Shown: positions 28,411 through 37,785 of the stretch, piece after piece | Position numbering within the stretch: the stretch's first letter is position 1 | Layout: each line of letters starts with the position of its first letter | Origin: Methylobacter sp. | GTDB lineage: Bacteria; Pseudomonadota; Gammaproteobacteria; Methylococcales; Methylomonadaceae | Length of the DNA: 48,062 nucleotides | Reading direction: 5' to 3' | Assembly (NCBI GenBank): GCA_028714995.1 | Contig: JAQTLI010000001.1 | Span: forward strand, 1-48,062 | Made by a program: the position numbers and the translations under genes | The notes under the pieces: model-generated | Databases searched by the model: none | The model's input: only the letters and a program-made list of their open reading frames with translations | What the model was told of the DNA's origin: nothing

Positions 28411-29541
28411 TTACTGGTGGCGTAGGAACAGTAGATCGTTCCATTTCGCTGTTTCATAACCGTGCCTGGCTATCAGTTCAAACGTGCTTTCCGTGAGTTG
28501 ATTAAGGTCAGTAGGCCAATCGGCGGATGCTTGAATCATCTCGTCTGGAAGCCATTGATCCTCTGACAGCATGTTTTCATCAACTTGGCCTTTGTACTGC
28601 GCAGCAACCCTTCGTGGATTGGACCCGAGCTGAATATAACGTGCTACTTCTGGGTTTTCTTGAATAAAATTGACTAACGCACGTACCCTAAGCGCTCTAG
28701 CTTGGTCCATTGTAATGTCCACAATGCGCTTTGCCCGCCCTTTGTGAAACTGAGGTGGAAGTGGGGCTCGTTTTAATGGTGCGCCTGCATCTGACACGAT
28801 GAGGCGCTCAATAGATGATTTGAGCTTCTGTTTCCCGACATCGAAGATGGGCTCCATACCGAGGTTGTCATAAACGCCACCATCCATAATGTGAAGACGC
28901 TGAAAAGGTGGGGTTATCGGTTGTTCAGAGCCAGGAGCGTCACCCCATTGTAGCCGCTTGTACCATTGCAGGCTGGTTGCATCAACGCTAAGTGGGCCGA
29001 TTAGGAGAGGGAAAGCTGCTGAGGCGGCCATAGCCTCCGACACTTTAAAATGCTGAGCGTCCGCTTCTCCAAGTTCATAATCCCCACATTTTCCTTTTTT
29101 GAATCGGAACCTCCGCCCTGTTTCAGCGGTAGTTCCATTCGCTGACCAAACTGGTAAATTCGGCACTTCTTGTAATGTTGCACGCACATCCCACAGTTCT
29201 TCAATAGCCATAGCAAGTACGTTAGCCCTAGAGAATAAGTAGCGCCAGTTGCAAGGGCATATAAGCAAAAGTGTTGCATGTTTTTGGAGATTATTTTTGG
29301 TCAAAAGCTGACGAATTTCAGGAAGAACGGTTGTTAAATATTCCTGTGAACTAGGCCACTTCCAGCCAGAAATACGGAAAACCAGCCCCGTAAATAAACT
29401 GCCCCCAGATACAGTTGATATGTCAGTGATATATTCAAGTTTGTTCTGTTCGGCTAGCCACTTCAAGACACCAGCATGAAACACCATGGCACGGACACCA
29501 CCTCCAGACAACGCCAAGCCAATTTTTCCAGAAGTCGTCAT
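28411..29541 (-). CDS. Patatin-like phospholipase
   Basis: LALSGGGVRA oxyanion loop, STVSGG nucleophile, MDGGVYDNLG catalytic Asp. Confidence 0.92.
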   Translation of the reverse strand: MTTSGKIGLALSGGGVRAMVFHAGVLKWLAEQNKLEYITDISTVSGGSLFTGLVFRISGWKWPSSQEYLTTVLPEIRQLLTKNNLQKHATLLLICPCNWRYLFSRANVLAMAIEELWDVRATLQEVPNLPVWSANGTTAETGRRFRFKKGKCGDYELGEADAQHFKVSEAMAASAAFPLLIGPLSVDATSLQWYKRLQWGDAPGSEQPITPPFQRLHIMDGGVYDNLGMEPIFDVGKQKLKSSIERLIVSDAGAPLKRAPLPPQFHKGRAKRIVDITMDQARALRVRALVNFIQENPEVARYIQLGSNPRRVAAQYKGQVDENMLSEDQWLPDEMIQASADWPTDLNQLTESTFELIARHGYETAKWNDLLFLRHQ

Positions 29542-29542
29542 G

Positions 29543-31813
29543 CTAATCTTCCTTTACCGCAGCGAAGTGCCAACGTTCATCTTGTTCACCGACAATCAGC
29601 ATCAGTGCAGGCAAACCATCACGATGTAGTTCAATACCAAGATGAGCTAGTTGCAAAACATCAGCACTGCTGGCTGCTGCCGTTGATCCTGGTGGATGCG
29701 AGTGCCATTCGCCCAAGTAGCCAACGATATTTGCAGTTCTGCGCTGTACCTCACTTATAGTATTAGCAAGGCCCTCTATTCCTCTGGAGAAACCGCTTGT
29801 GTCGCCTTGACTATCTGATGGTGCGGGGAGGACATCAACAATATAAACATTCTTTTGCGTGAGATCGAAATAACCCAGTAGAACTCCGCCAGTTTCCGAC
29901 GGCAGCGCCTGTAGTCTAAGTTCTCTTACTTTCGACCGTAACCCATCATCCCAGACAACACTTAGTCCATTAATGTTGTATTTGAGAACGGGGTGGACAA
30001 ATAATGCATCCGTTGCAACTGCTCCGGATTCTGGATCGTAATGCCAAACCTTAATCGCCGCCGCTGGGTTTTCTGAGGCATGACGAATCTGCCGGGAAAG
30101 GTTTCCAGCATGAAGAGCCACCAATTCTCCGGAAATGACTGTCGACAAGTCTCTACAGCCTCCTCCTGTCCAAAGATAGCTTTTGTTGCCGTCAAGGTGG
30201 GCTTCGCCCCACGCTTGGTTGAGAATGCCCCTGTAATACTGAGATTCCACTCCATCCAGTCGAACTGAGCGACAGGCATTCTCCGCCAATAAAGCACAAC
30301 CGTTACCACTCGGAGTCAAGAATACGGATATTCCGCGAGGAAAATCATCCTGTGAAGCGTGCTCTCTGGGGTAGTCCAGGGTTGTGGTTACGTCAATGAC
30401 TAGCGCGGCATTCTTAAGGGCATCAATGACTTCTGTTGAATCAAAGTCAGTTGCACTTTTCGGTATTGCTCTTGTTTTGCTTCCAGTGCTACCCCAAAGC
30501 GCTTCATCGAGATATCGAACCACATCGGCCTTATTATGGCCGACAAATTGATCAAATGCAGTGTGCCGTGCCAAGTTGTGAGGCTTTACATGGTCAGGGT
30601 CAATGAGCGTCCATTCTCCCCATCCAGATCGGCTCCACAGGTTGAATATCTCACTACCAAGAGCACCAACTCCTGCAAGTACGCCTTTGGGGCCGGAACT
30701 CAGTATTCCTGAAGTTTGGCGGGCATACTCAGGGGTGAAGGGTTGGAGTATATCAATAGGTTCAAGTTCGACGCTTCGCCATGCGTCTGTCGGTTCTACC
30801 TGAATTCCAAGGTTATGCCGTAGGAGGTATTGGTTCTCGTATTTGTCGAGCACTCCGCCCTTAAGTCCGATCTCTTCAAGACTGATTGGCAGGAAATACG
30901 CCTTGTTATCAAATCTAGCAATATCGCTGCCCGCTTCTTTGAGCAACGGAACATTCAAAATCAGTATGGTTTTGATGTTATTGACCTTGAGCAAATTTCC
31001 CTCAACTCGCTGCCGAATCTCAGCAAACAGTTCTTTGATGAATGGAGCGCCTCGAGCATCAAGTGTGTCAGAGAGTTCTCCAAGATTCCGAGGAAAGTGC
31101 TCGATTCTCCCCTGAATCACAGAGTTTAGTCGAAGAGCAATGCAGGATGTGTTGAGTACTTGATCTGATACAGCGTCTACTGACCTTTGCATCAAACCAA
31201 CGATTGTTTGCCTGTTATTACCTCGATCTGGCCTGAATTCCAGAGCAAGCCGAAACTCCTTGTTATTGACCTTTTCGTCAAAGTCATGCGGCAGAACAAG
31301 TTCTTTTGGTGCACTGAAATAAAGTTGCTCGACTGGCTGATCCGAGCGGTGAAGCTGCTCTAATGCTGTCTGCTCTAACCACCAGAGGATGCGTTCTAAG
31401 TGCTTCTGTGGTGTCCAAGTCCTGGCAATAACCGGCCACGGTTCAAAGTAGAGACACAGACTAGATGGGGCTCCATTCAAAACGTGATTTTGGTGAGGGG
31501 TAAGCGGGAATCCGGTACGTAGCGCTCTAACTTCCGGCGGGCGGTTCACCTTATTGGAAAAACAAAGAGCAAAACGTTCTCGATACTCAATTCTGGGTGC
31601 ATTGTTTGGCGGTATCCGATCACACTCGCAATCCACAATCACTAGCTCAGAGTATCCATCAATATCTTCATACTTACGTACTTCGATAGATGTGAAAGAA
31701 CGATGGCTACGTACCGCAAACCAAGTCTGCCGAGCCGCATCGACTTTCATGTTAGTCGGGGACTCTCCTTCAAGAGGCTCACCAATTACAAAAAACTCGG
31801 CGGTCATCATCAA
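29543..31813 (-). CDS. E2-E1(ThiF)-JAB fusion (Cap2/Cap3-like ubiquitin-like conjugation and deconjugation protein)
   Basis: E2: PEVRALR..FP.TPHQN...SLCLY; E1: GVGALGS, DPD...HNLARH, GGGCRD; JAB: ETGG, GEWHSHP, SSAD. Confidence 0.92.
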   Translation of the reverse strand: MMMTAEFFVIGEPLEGESPTNMKVDAARQTWFAVRSHRSFTSIEVRKYEDIDGYSELVIVDCECDRIPPNNAPRIEYRERFALCFSNKVNRPPEVRALRTGFPLTPHQNHVLNGAPSSLCLYFEPWPVIARTWTPQKHLERILWWLEQTALEQLHRSDQPVEQLYFSAPKELVLPHDFDEKVNNKEFRLALEFRPDRGNNRQTIVGLMQRSVDAVSDQVLNTSCIALRLNSVIQGRIEHFPRNLGELSDTLDARGAPFIKELFAEIRQRVEGNLLKVNNIKTILILNVPLLKEAGSDIARFDNKAYFLPISLEEIGLKGGVLDKYENQYLLRHNLGIQVEPTDAWRSVELEPIDILQPFTPEYARQTSGILSSGPKGVLAGVGALGSEIFNLWSRSGWGEWTLIDPDHVKPHNLARHTAFDQFVGHNKADVVRYLDEALWGSTGSKTRAIPKSATDFDSTEVIDALKNAALVIDVTTTLDYPREHASQDDFPRGISVFLTPSGNGCALLAENACRSVRLDGVESQYYRGILNQAWGEAHLDGNKSYLWTGGGCRDLSTVISGELVALHAGNLSRQIRHASENPAAAIKVWHYDPESGAVATDALFVHPVLKYNINGLSVVWDDGLRSKVRELRLQALPSETGGVLLGYFDLTQKNVYIVDVLPAPSDSQGDTSGFSRGIEGLANTISEVQRRTANIVGYLGEWHSHPPGSTAAASSADVLQLAHLGIELHRDGLPALMLIVGEQDERWHFAAVKED

Positions 31814-32943
31814 CCTGCACGCGGCGGTGTAGAAGAAATTACTGCGGCTGCCCCTGTGATAGTTCTGCCAAGAAATCGGAGCCCACGTTCAGAGATTTCA
31901 AACTCTAAGGGATGCGGCTTACTCGCATTGGGCTCTTCCATAGTGACGTAAAATTTACGTCCTCCAACTTCCCGCAAGTACCTTTCGTACGTTTTCCTTG
32001 CTTGGATATGGGGCGGTTGTATGGCTTTATACATATCTGCTGTGTCGGGAATTGGATTGCTTAAACTCACGATATAGGCATCCTTTTGTCCCGCGCGTAA
32101 CAGTTCTTTTATGCCATCTTTCGGCTCAGTTTCTTTGTCTCCCTTCTCGTCCGAAAGCGCAAGGTAACTGCAATGGTGTGGAACATTTAAGAGATTCCAT
32201 TGCAGGCGGTCTAGCCTTTTGTGGAACTTAGTGGTTGAAACAATTTCTTCCAGCGCTTCCGACGTCGAGTCACCGACAGAGAAATAATCGGTTCTGTACC
32301 CGTTAACCTCAAACCTGATCTGAAAAATGAGCGAGGCATCGTTGCGCAAGATATCGCCCTCGTCGCAATGCTTCATAAAAGGAGAGTGACAGAAGAATTC
32401 GACATTATCGGCTTCCAAAGTAAAGCCTCGTGCTAATGTACCGGCGTCTGTAAAAAGTCCCTTGCGATCTTCAAAGGAGATGTCGTTCTGCTCCATCCAA
32501 TCTTTGAGAGCTTCTGGTTTCGAGAATACTTGAATCCCCTTCCCATCCCTTAGGCGTTTTCGTGCCTCCTGTCGAAGAAGTATATACTCAGCGCTTTGCT
32601 GGTCGTTACTCGCCTGTTCCAAGAGAACCGCTGCCGGAACCCACAACTCACGAATCTTTATGCGACCATTTCCCTTGTACTTATCTGCTTGCTCAAGCTC
32701 AAAGAACTCGGAAAATCCAGCGATGTGATCCTTGTCAGCGTGGGTAAAGGCAACGACATCAAAGTAGTCCCGTTTTGCATTATCAAGCTCATCACGTAGA
32801 CGTTTCTTGATATCAATTACCGGATGGCCGTCATCTTCTCCTTGAACCTGATGGTGGAAGTCGAACAGGAGCCGCTTCCCGTTATCAAGGATGATTTGGC
32901 TAGTGTCACCGTTGCCGACGGGATAAAAGACTACTTTGTGCAT
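31810..32943 (-). CDS. Metallo-beta-lactamase-fold (ComEC-like) hydrolase, 6A-MBL type
   Basis: FYPVGNGD, THADKDH, NDAS, GDS, PHHCS; RBS GGAG before ATG 32943; C-terminus PPRAG. Confidence 0.88.
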   Translation of the reverse strand: MHKVVFYPVGNGDTSQIILDNGKRLLFDFHHQVQGEDDGHPVIDIKKRLRDELDNAKRDYFDVVAFTHADKDHIAGFSEFFELEQADKYKGNGRIKIRELWVPAAVLLEQASNDQQSAEYILLRQEARKRLRDGKGIQVFSKPEALKDWMEQNDISFEDRKGLFTDAGTLARGFTLEADNVEFFCHSPFMKHCDEGDILRNDASLIFQIRFEVNGYRTDYFSVGDSTSEALEEIVSTTKFHKRLDRLQWNLLNVPHHCSYLALSDEKGDKETEPKDGIKELLRAGQKDAYIVSLSNPIPDTADMYKAIQPPHIQARKTYERYLREVGGRKFYVTMEEPNASKPHPLEFEISERGLRFLGRTITGAAAVISSTPPRAG

Positions 32944-33020
32944 ACGTGTTTCTCCATTAGAGTAGTGGTGTTCTGTTCCATTCCCGTTCACTTAACCAGA
33001 TGAACGAGAGTTTAAAAAAA

Positions 33021-33575
33021 TCAGCCGATTCGGTGGTAGGTGAATTCGACCCCCCCAGACTCAGCAACATCCTCACGACGTAGCAAGAAGCCCTGTTCCC
33101 AAAGTTGTTTAAACTTGGTACTCGCATTGGCAATCGATATATCTGGCATGGATGCCGCGAACTCAGATGCTCTCGTGCGCTCGCGCTTCAGAGCAAAGTT
33201 GAATGCGCCCAGTGTTCCTTGGCTTGGGGTGATCCCAATTACTTGCCCGTTTTTCCCTTCCCAGACCATTATCGGTTGCCCCTTTCGTTCAGCGGCAGCA
33301 TCCCAGTTCTCCAGCATGTCCTGATCGGCTAGATCAGTAAAACAGAAGCCTTTCTTGCCACGATAGCGGCGGGCAAGTTCGACAATCGTTTCAGATGCGA
33401 ATGAGATATCGACTCTGCGCACCTGATCAAGCGATACCTTAAAGGTCATAGTCCCAGGATTTGACTCCACAAAGTCAATCAGCTGCTGATATACCTTGCG
33501 GCCCTGATCTCGACCCCATCCCTCTTGGGAATCCATGAAGTCACGTAATTTTATGATGGCTGATTTCTCGTTCAT
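33021..33575 (-). CDS. STAS-like plus winged-HTH regulator (CapS-like)
   Basis: VSLDQVRRVDISFASE STAS phosphoacceptor motif; SIANASTKFKQLWEQGFL...GGVEFTY wHTH. Confidence 0.75.
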   Translation of the reverse strand: MNEKSAIIKLRDFMDSQEGWGRDQGRKVYQQLIDFVESNPGTMTFKVSLDQVRRVDISFASETIVELARRYRGKKGFCFTDLADQDMLENWDAAAERKGQPIMVWEGKNGQVIGITPSQGTLGAFNFALKRERTRASEFAASMPDISIANASTKFKQLWEQGFLLRREDVAESGGVEFTYHRIG

Positions 33576-33582
33576 TGAACAC

Positions 33583-33611
33583 ATTAAATCGGATTTATCT
33601 GTTGGTGTCAA
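33583..33611 (-). promoter_or_regulatory. Sigma70-type promoter for the STAS-wHTH gene, likely leaderless
   Basis: TTGACA (33611-33606), 17 nt, TTTAAT (33588-33583), 7 nt, ATG (33575). Confidence 0.6.
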
Positions 33612-34515
33612 GCCTAAACGTGAAGCAAATATGTGTTCCCCAAATTAATGGAAGGCCATCGTAGCAATAGGCAGTATTTGGTTTGTAACCTTCCTTGCCG
33701 GGGGTGAGGAGCACACGGATGTTCGGAAGTCTGACATCAAGTTCACCGTTGTACTTTATAGCCTTTGCCGCACTTCCTTTAAGTCCACAGCCGCGATCCG
33801 TGCCATGCCGGGAGATGCCCTGTCGAAATATCTCCACCAGCAAATCTATGTCAGACAGATTCTCTAAGGAAGGAAATTCCGTTTTGATGGCCGGTCTTAA
33901 TGTACTCATAATGCCAAGACCACTATCTGAAACCGCGACTTTAACGCGATCACCACGAGGGTAAACCTGCAAAGCAGCATACCCATCAATCTGGGTGCTG
34001 CTGTGCGAAAAAATGTTATCAATCAGTTCAGCGAAGATTGTCCAAGCTGCGCCCTCTAGTCCTTTCGCATCGGGCCGGTTACCGCATGAATCCATCATCG
34101 CGTCGGTAAGACGTGATGGTAAATCTACGTCCCTATCTTTTGGGTTGATACTGGCGATTTCGACTAGCCTAGTATTCGTTCCCCCATAAATCTCAGCCGC
34201 GGAGAGCGACGGCCGAGCCGGTAAGACATCTACGTCTTTTGCCAGATGGTCGAAGAATCCCATTCTATCGAGGTACCCCATAGTACCCGCCTCTCCTTCC
34301 TCAAATTCAAGCCGTACGCGACGCATGGAGAGGCTGAGTTGGTTGATCAAAGATAGGAGCCTGACAGCGCTGTCGACCATGATCCTGCAGCCCGTTGGAA
34401 ACCGGAACAACACTTCATAGACGCCCGGTCCATGAGGTGCGCAACTGCTGCGTAATGTACTTTCTAGGGCTGATGCATCGATCCATGCCGAGGGAAACAC
34501 AATTTGACAAATCAT
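33595..34515 (-). CDS. STAS-like plus GHKL anti-sigma-type kinase (CapK-like)
   Basis: GYLDRMGFF, ELIDNIFSH (N box), VSDSGLGI (G1), RGCGL (G2); no His phosphoacceptor domain. Confidence 0.8.
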   Translation of the reverse strand: MICQIVFPSAWIDASALESTLRSSCAPHGPGVYEVLFRFPTGCRIMVDSAVRLLSLINQLSLSMRRVRLEFEEGEAGTMGYLDRMGFFDHLAKDVDVLPARPSLSAAEIYGGTNTRLVEIASINPKDRDVDLPSRLTDAMMDSCGNRPDAKGLEGAAWTIFAELIDNIFSHSSTQIDGYAALQVYPRGDRVKVAVSDSGLGIMSTLRPAIKTEFPSLENLSDIDLLVEIFRQGISRHGTDRGCGLKGSAAKAIKYNGELDVRLPNIRVLLTPGKEGYKPNTAYCYDGLPLIWGTHICFTFRLDTNR

Positions 34516-34609
34516 GATCTAAATCCTGTGTCCCTTATAATCGTACAGAAGTTACCGAGCCAATCTGCCAATCCCATTGTTATCCCACTCTCTCCAAAAA
34601 ACCAGGCTA

Positions 34610-36328
34610 TCATGCAACTTCCTCTAACGCCGGAGCCAAGGCTTCATGCAGCACGGCTTCGAGAAACCGACGGCTGTCGGTCTCAGTGGTGTTGAGTTGG
34701 GCTTCCAGTTGGTCGCATAGCGCCATTAGTTCATCGACCTTGGTGACGATGCGGGTTTGCTCGGCGAGGGGTGGTAAGGGAATCAGAACTGCGTTCAATA
34801 TTTCAAGGTTGATGTTTTTCTGGGCAGTGGCTGGAGCGAACTCAAGCAGATTAGCCTTTGCCGTCCGCACAAAATACTCGAAATAGCGAGCGTTTTGAAA
34901 CATCGAGGCAGGTATGAACCCAACAACACTATCAGGGAAACATGCATCGAAGCTAAGAATTCCGCTATCAGCAATGTTAGCGGCAATAGTGATGCAGAGC
35001 GTCCCAGTAGGCCACTTCATACTTTGTGCGAGTCCAACATCGTTGTATTTGTTGGTATAAGTTTGGATTACGCCCTGAGAGCGTGCGACATCTCCCGTCT
35101 GAATAAGCAAATGATTGCCGCCTTCAAACAACTTTGAATCATTCCGTGGACGATGTTTTGATTTACCTCTCCCAAAGATTCCAAGTTCAGGAAACCTTGC
35201 CCATGACCAGCCTAACGGTAGAACAAATGGAGCTTGCTCCAAGTCGACGTCAGGCAGTGCAGCGCCTTTTTTTCTCGCCCCATCCTTTACCAACCCAGCA
35301 TTCTCTTCCTGAATCCGCTTGAGCAATTCAGCAGCCGGCTCGTCGTTGGGGTCTTGTTCCACCAGTTTGCCGCGCACGGCTAGGTTAAGGATGGTTTGAC
35401 GCAATTGCTTAATGTGTGCCGGACGCTTGGTGATGCGCGGCAGATGGTTGAAGATGAAGCAGACGTGTTCTCGGAAGGCTTCTTCGTCATCGACTGGCAG
35501 GTTAAGCCGTTGCAAACTTGCCGCCCCCAGACGATCAAGACTTTGCTCCCGCTCGGTTTTCGCTGCCTCCAACTGGTCGCACAATGTCATCAGTTCATCG
35601 ACTTTGGCGACAATGCGGTATTGTTCTGTTAGGGGCGGGATGGGTAGAAAAATATTCGCAATCGATTCACGATTTAGTGTCGCTCCTTTAATCGCGCCCT
35701 TTGTATCGCCCTGTCGTGAAAACTGAGGAAGCACCTTGAAGAGGTAGCTGTCCAGCTCTGGCAAATGTGGATAAATAGAAATGATCGCTTCATTATGGAA
35801 AGCCGAAACACCTAGCCTCGAAATCTTTCCAATAGTCAGCTTGAAGCTCATGATCATAGTGCCGACGTGTGCTGGCTCCGAACTAAAGACTTGCTTTTTA
35901 GCCTTTTCGCTGACAGTTTCCTTAGTGGTGATAACATCACCGCCATCTTTCATATCGGCGATGCTAACCCACGGGTAGTCGCCGGTATTCCAAAAACTCA
36001 AATCATGACGAGATGGCGTCCTGCCAGCCGAGAAATCCGCTATTCCTCCGAAGCGGACCCATTGCCAATTATTAGGCAGTTCAAAGGGATATTCCTCAAT
36101 TTCAACCGGCGACTTTTGTTCCTGCTTTCTGATATCCCCATCTTTCACCAACCTGACCTTCTCGGCCTCAATCCGTTTGAGTAATTCTACCGCTGGTTCG
36201 TCGTTTGGGTCTTGATCCACTAGCTTGCCGCGCACGGCAAGGTCGAGGATGAAGCGGCGCAGGCGCTGGATAGCGTCGGGGGCTTCACTGAGGCGGTCAA
36301 AGTGTTGTAGCAGGTATTCGGCGTTCAT
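34610..36328 (-). CDS. hsdS: Type I R-M specificity subunit
   Basis: Two TRDs with repeated ILxLAVRGKLVxQDPNDEPA and PxPPLxEQxRIVxKVDELM conserved regions. Confidence 0.95.
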   Translation of the reverse strand: MNAEYLLQHFDRLSEAPDAIQRLRRFILDLAVRGKLVDQDPNDEPAVELLKRIEAEKVRLVKDGDIRKQEQKSPVEIEEYPFELPNNWQWVRFGGIADFSAGRTPSRHDLSFWNTGDYPWVSIADMKDGGDVITTKETVSEKAKKQVFSSEPAHVGTMIMSFKLTIGKISRLGVSAFHNEAIISIYPHLPELDSYLFKVLPQFSRQGDTKGAIKGATLNRESIANIFLPIPPLTEQYRIVAKVDELMTLCDQLEAAKTEREQSLDRLGAASLQRLNLPVDDEEAFREHVCFIFNHLPRITKRPAHIKQLRQTILNLAVRGKLVEQDPNDEPAAELLKRIQEENAGLVKDGARKKGAALPDVDLEQAPFVLPLGWSWARFPELGIFGRGKSKHRPRNDSKLFEGGNHLLIQTGDVARSQGVIQTYTNKYNDVGLAQSMKWPTGTLCITIAANIADSGILSFDACFPDSVVGFIPASMFQNARYFEYFVRTAKANLLEFAPATAQKNINLEILNAVLIPLPPLAEQTRIVTKVDELMALCDQLEAQLNTTETDSRRFLEAVLHEALAPALEEVA

Positions 36329-37782
36329 CGCAGCAGCGCCTCGGCTAGAATAGACTTGAGCTGGTCCCGTAAACTGTCGGTTTTCTGCTCATCCTGTTCC
36401 AACTTGACCAGCAGCTCTTGCGGATCGCCGTGGTCATTGGCCGCGATATGCGGGTTTTTGAAGTCGAGGTTGTAATTGCGCGCCTTGATTTCATCGAGGC
36501 CGACTTTCCATGAGACTTCGGATGCCTGCCGATCTATACGTTCCGTTCCACCCCACCACTCCACACAGCCTTGCATGTGATCGACCTTGATCGGTCTAGT
36601 CATCGAATAGGCTTTTTGGCCTTTCGGTACACGGTGCTCATAGAACCAGATGTCCTGCGTCGGTTCGCCCTTCTCGAAGAACAGCAGGTTAGTGCCGACG
36701 CTGGCATAGGGTTTGAACACGCTACTGGGCAGGCGAACGATGGTGTGCAGGTTACATTCTTCCAGCAGGTGTTCCTTGAGGCGAGTTTTAACTCCTTCGC
36801 CAAACAAGGAGCCATCCGGCAACACGATGGCGGCGCGGCCGCCTGGCTTCAAGAGGCGAATGAACAGTGCCAGAAACAGGTCGGCTGTTTCCTTAGTGCG
36901 GAAATGAGCCGGAAAGTTGGACTCAATGCCGTCTTCTTCTTTTCCGCCAAACGGCGGATTGGTGAGGATGATGTCCACTCGGTCTGATTGGCCATAGCTA
37001 ATATAAGGCCGTGCCAAGGTGTTGTCGTGGCGCACGAAGCTGGGGTCTTCAATGCCGTGCAATAGCATATTGGTGATGCAGAGCATGTGCGGGAGTTGTT
37101 TTTTCTCCACGGCTCGCAGGCCGGCTTGCATGGCCTGTTCGTCCGCGACCTTTTTTACATAGCGGTTGCGCATGTGGCGAATGGCACAGGTGAGAAAACC
37201 GCCTGTGCCACAGGAAGGGTCGAACAGGATTTCTCCCGGCTTGGGGTCGATACGATCCACCATGAAAGCAGTGACGGCACGGGGGGTGTAATACTCACCC
37301 GCGTTGCCCGCGCTTTGCAAGTTGTTGAGCAGTTGTTCGTAAATGTCACCGAAGTGCTTGCGTTCTGACAAGTCGTTGAAATCGACGCTGCTGATTTTGT
37401 TGATGACCTGCCTTAGCAGCTGACCAGACTTCATATAGTTGTAGGCGTCTTCAAACACGCTGCGCACCACGCGGCTGCGATTGGCGTTCTGGCCTGTTGT
37501 TGGCAGTTCCTTGAGCTTTGGAAATAGCTCGGTATTGATGAAGGTTAGCAGCGCGTCACCGGTGATGCCTTCCGGATCAGCTGCCCACGTCCGCCATTGC
37601 AGGGCATACGGGATCGGCGAGCGGTAGTTATCCTGCATCACCTCCAATTGTTGATCCTGATCGTCGATGATTTTGAGAAAGAACATCCAGCAAAGCTGGG
37701 ACAGGCGCTGAGCGTCACCATCGACGCCGACATCTTGGCGCATGATGCCTTGAATGGATTTAACGGTATTTCTTGCAGACAT
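36325..37782 (-). CDS. hsdM: Type I R-M N6-adenine methyltransferase
   Basis: GEYYTPR, DPSCGTGGFL, TNPPF. Confidence 0.96.
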   Translation of the reverse strand: MSARNTVKSIQGIMRQDVGVDGDAQRLSQLCWMFFLKIIDDQDQQLEVMQDNYRSPIPYALQWRTWAADPEGITGDALLTFINTELFPKLKELPTTGQNANRSRVVRSVFEDAYNYMKSGQLLRQVINKISSVDFNDLSERKHFGDIYEQLLNNLQSAGNAGEYYTPRAVTAFMVDRIDPKPGEILFDPSCGTGGFLTCAIRHMRNRYVKKVADEQAMQAGLRAVEKKQLPHMLCITNMLLHGIEDPSFVRHDNTLARPYISYGQSDRVDIILTNPPFGGKEEDGIESNFPAHFRTKETADLFLALFIRLLKPGGRAAIVLPDGSLFGEGVKTRLKEHLLEECNLHTIVRLPSSVFKPYASVGTNLLFFEKGEPTQDIWFYEHRVPKGQKAYSMTRPIKVDHMQGCVEWWGGTERIDRQASEVSWKVGLDEIKARNYNLDFKNPHIAANDHGDPQELLVKLEQDEQKTDSLRDQLKSILAEALLR

Positions 37783-37785
37783 GGA

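Noticed and set aside
28411-31813. Calling the patatin plus E2-E1-JAB genes a type II CBASS
   Set aside because: No CD-NTase (GS...DxD nucleotidyltransferase) in the window; an MBL hydrolase occupies that position.
34700-36280. Internal direct repeats in hsdS as a shufflon or phase-variation system
   Set aside because: They are the normal duplicated conserved regions of HsdS; no silent TRD copies or inverted repeats were seen.
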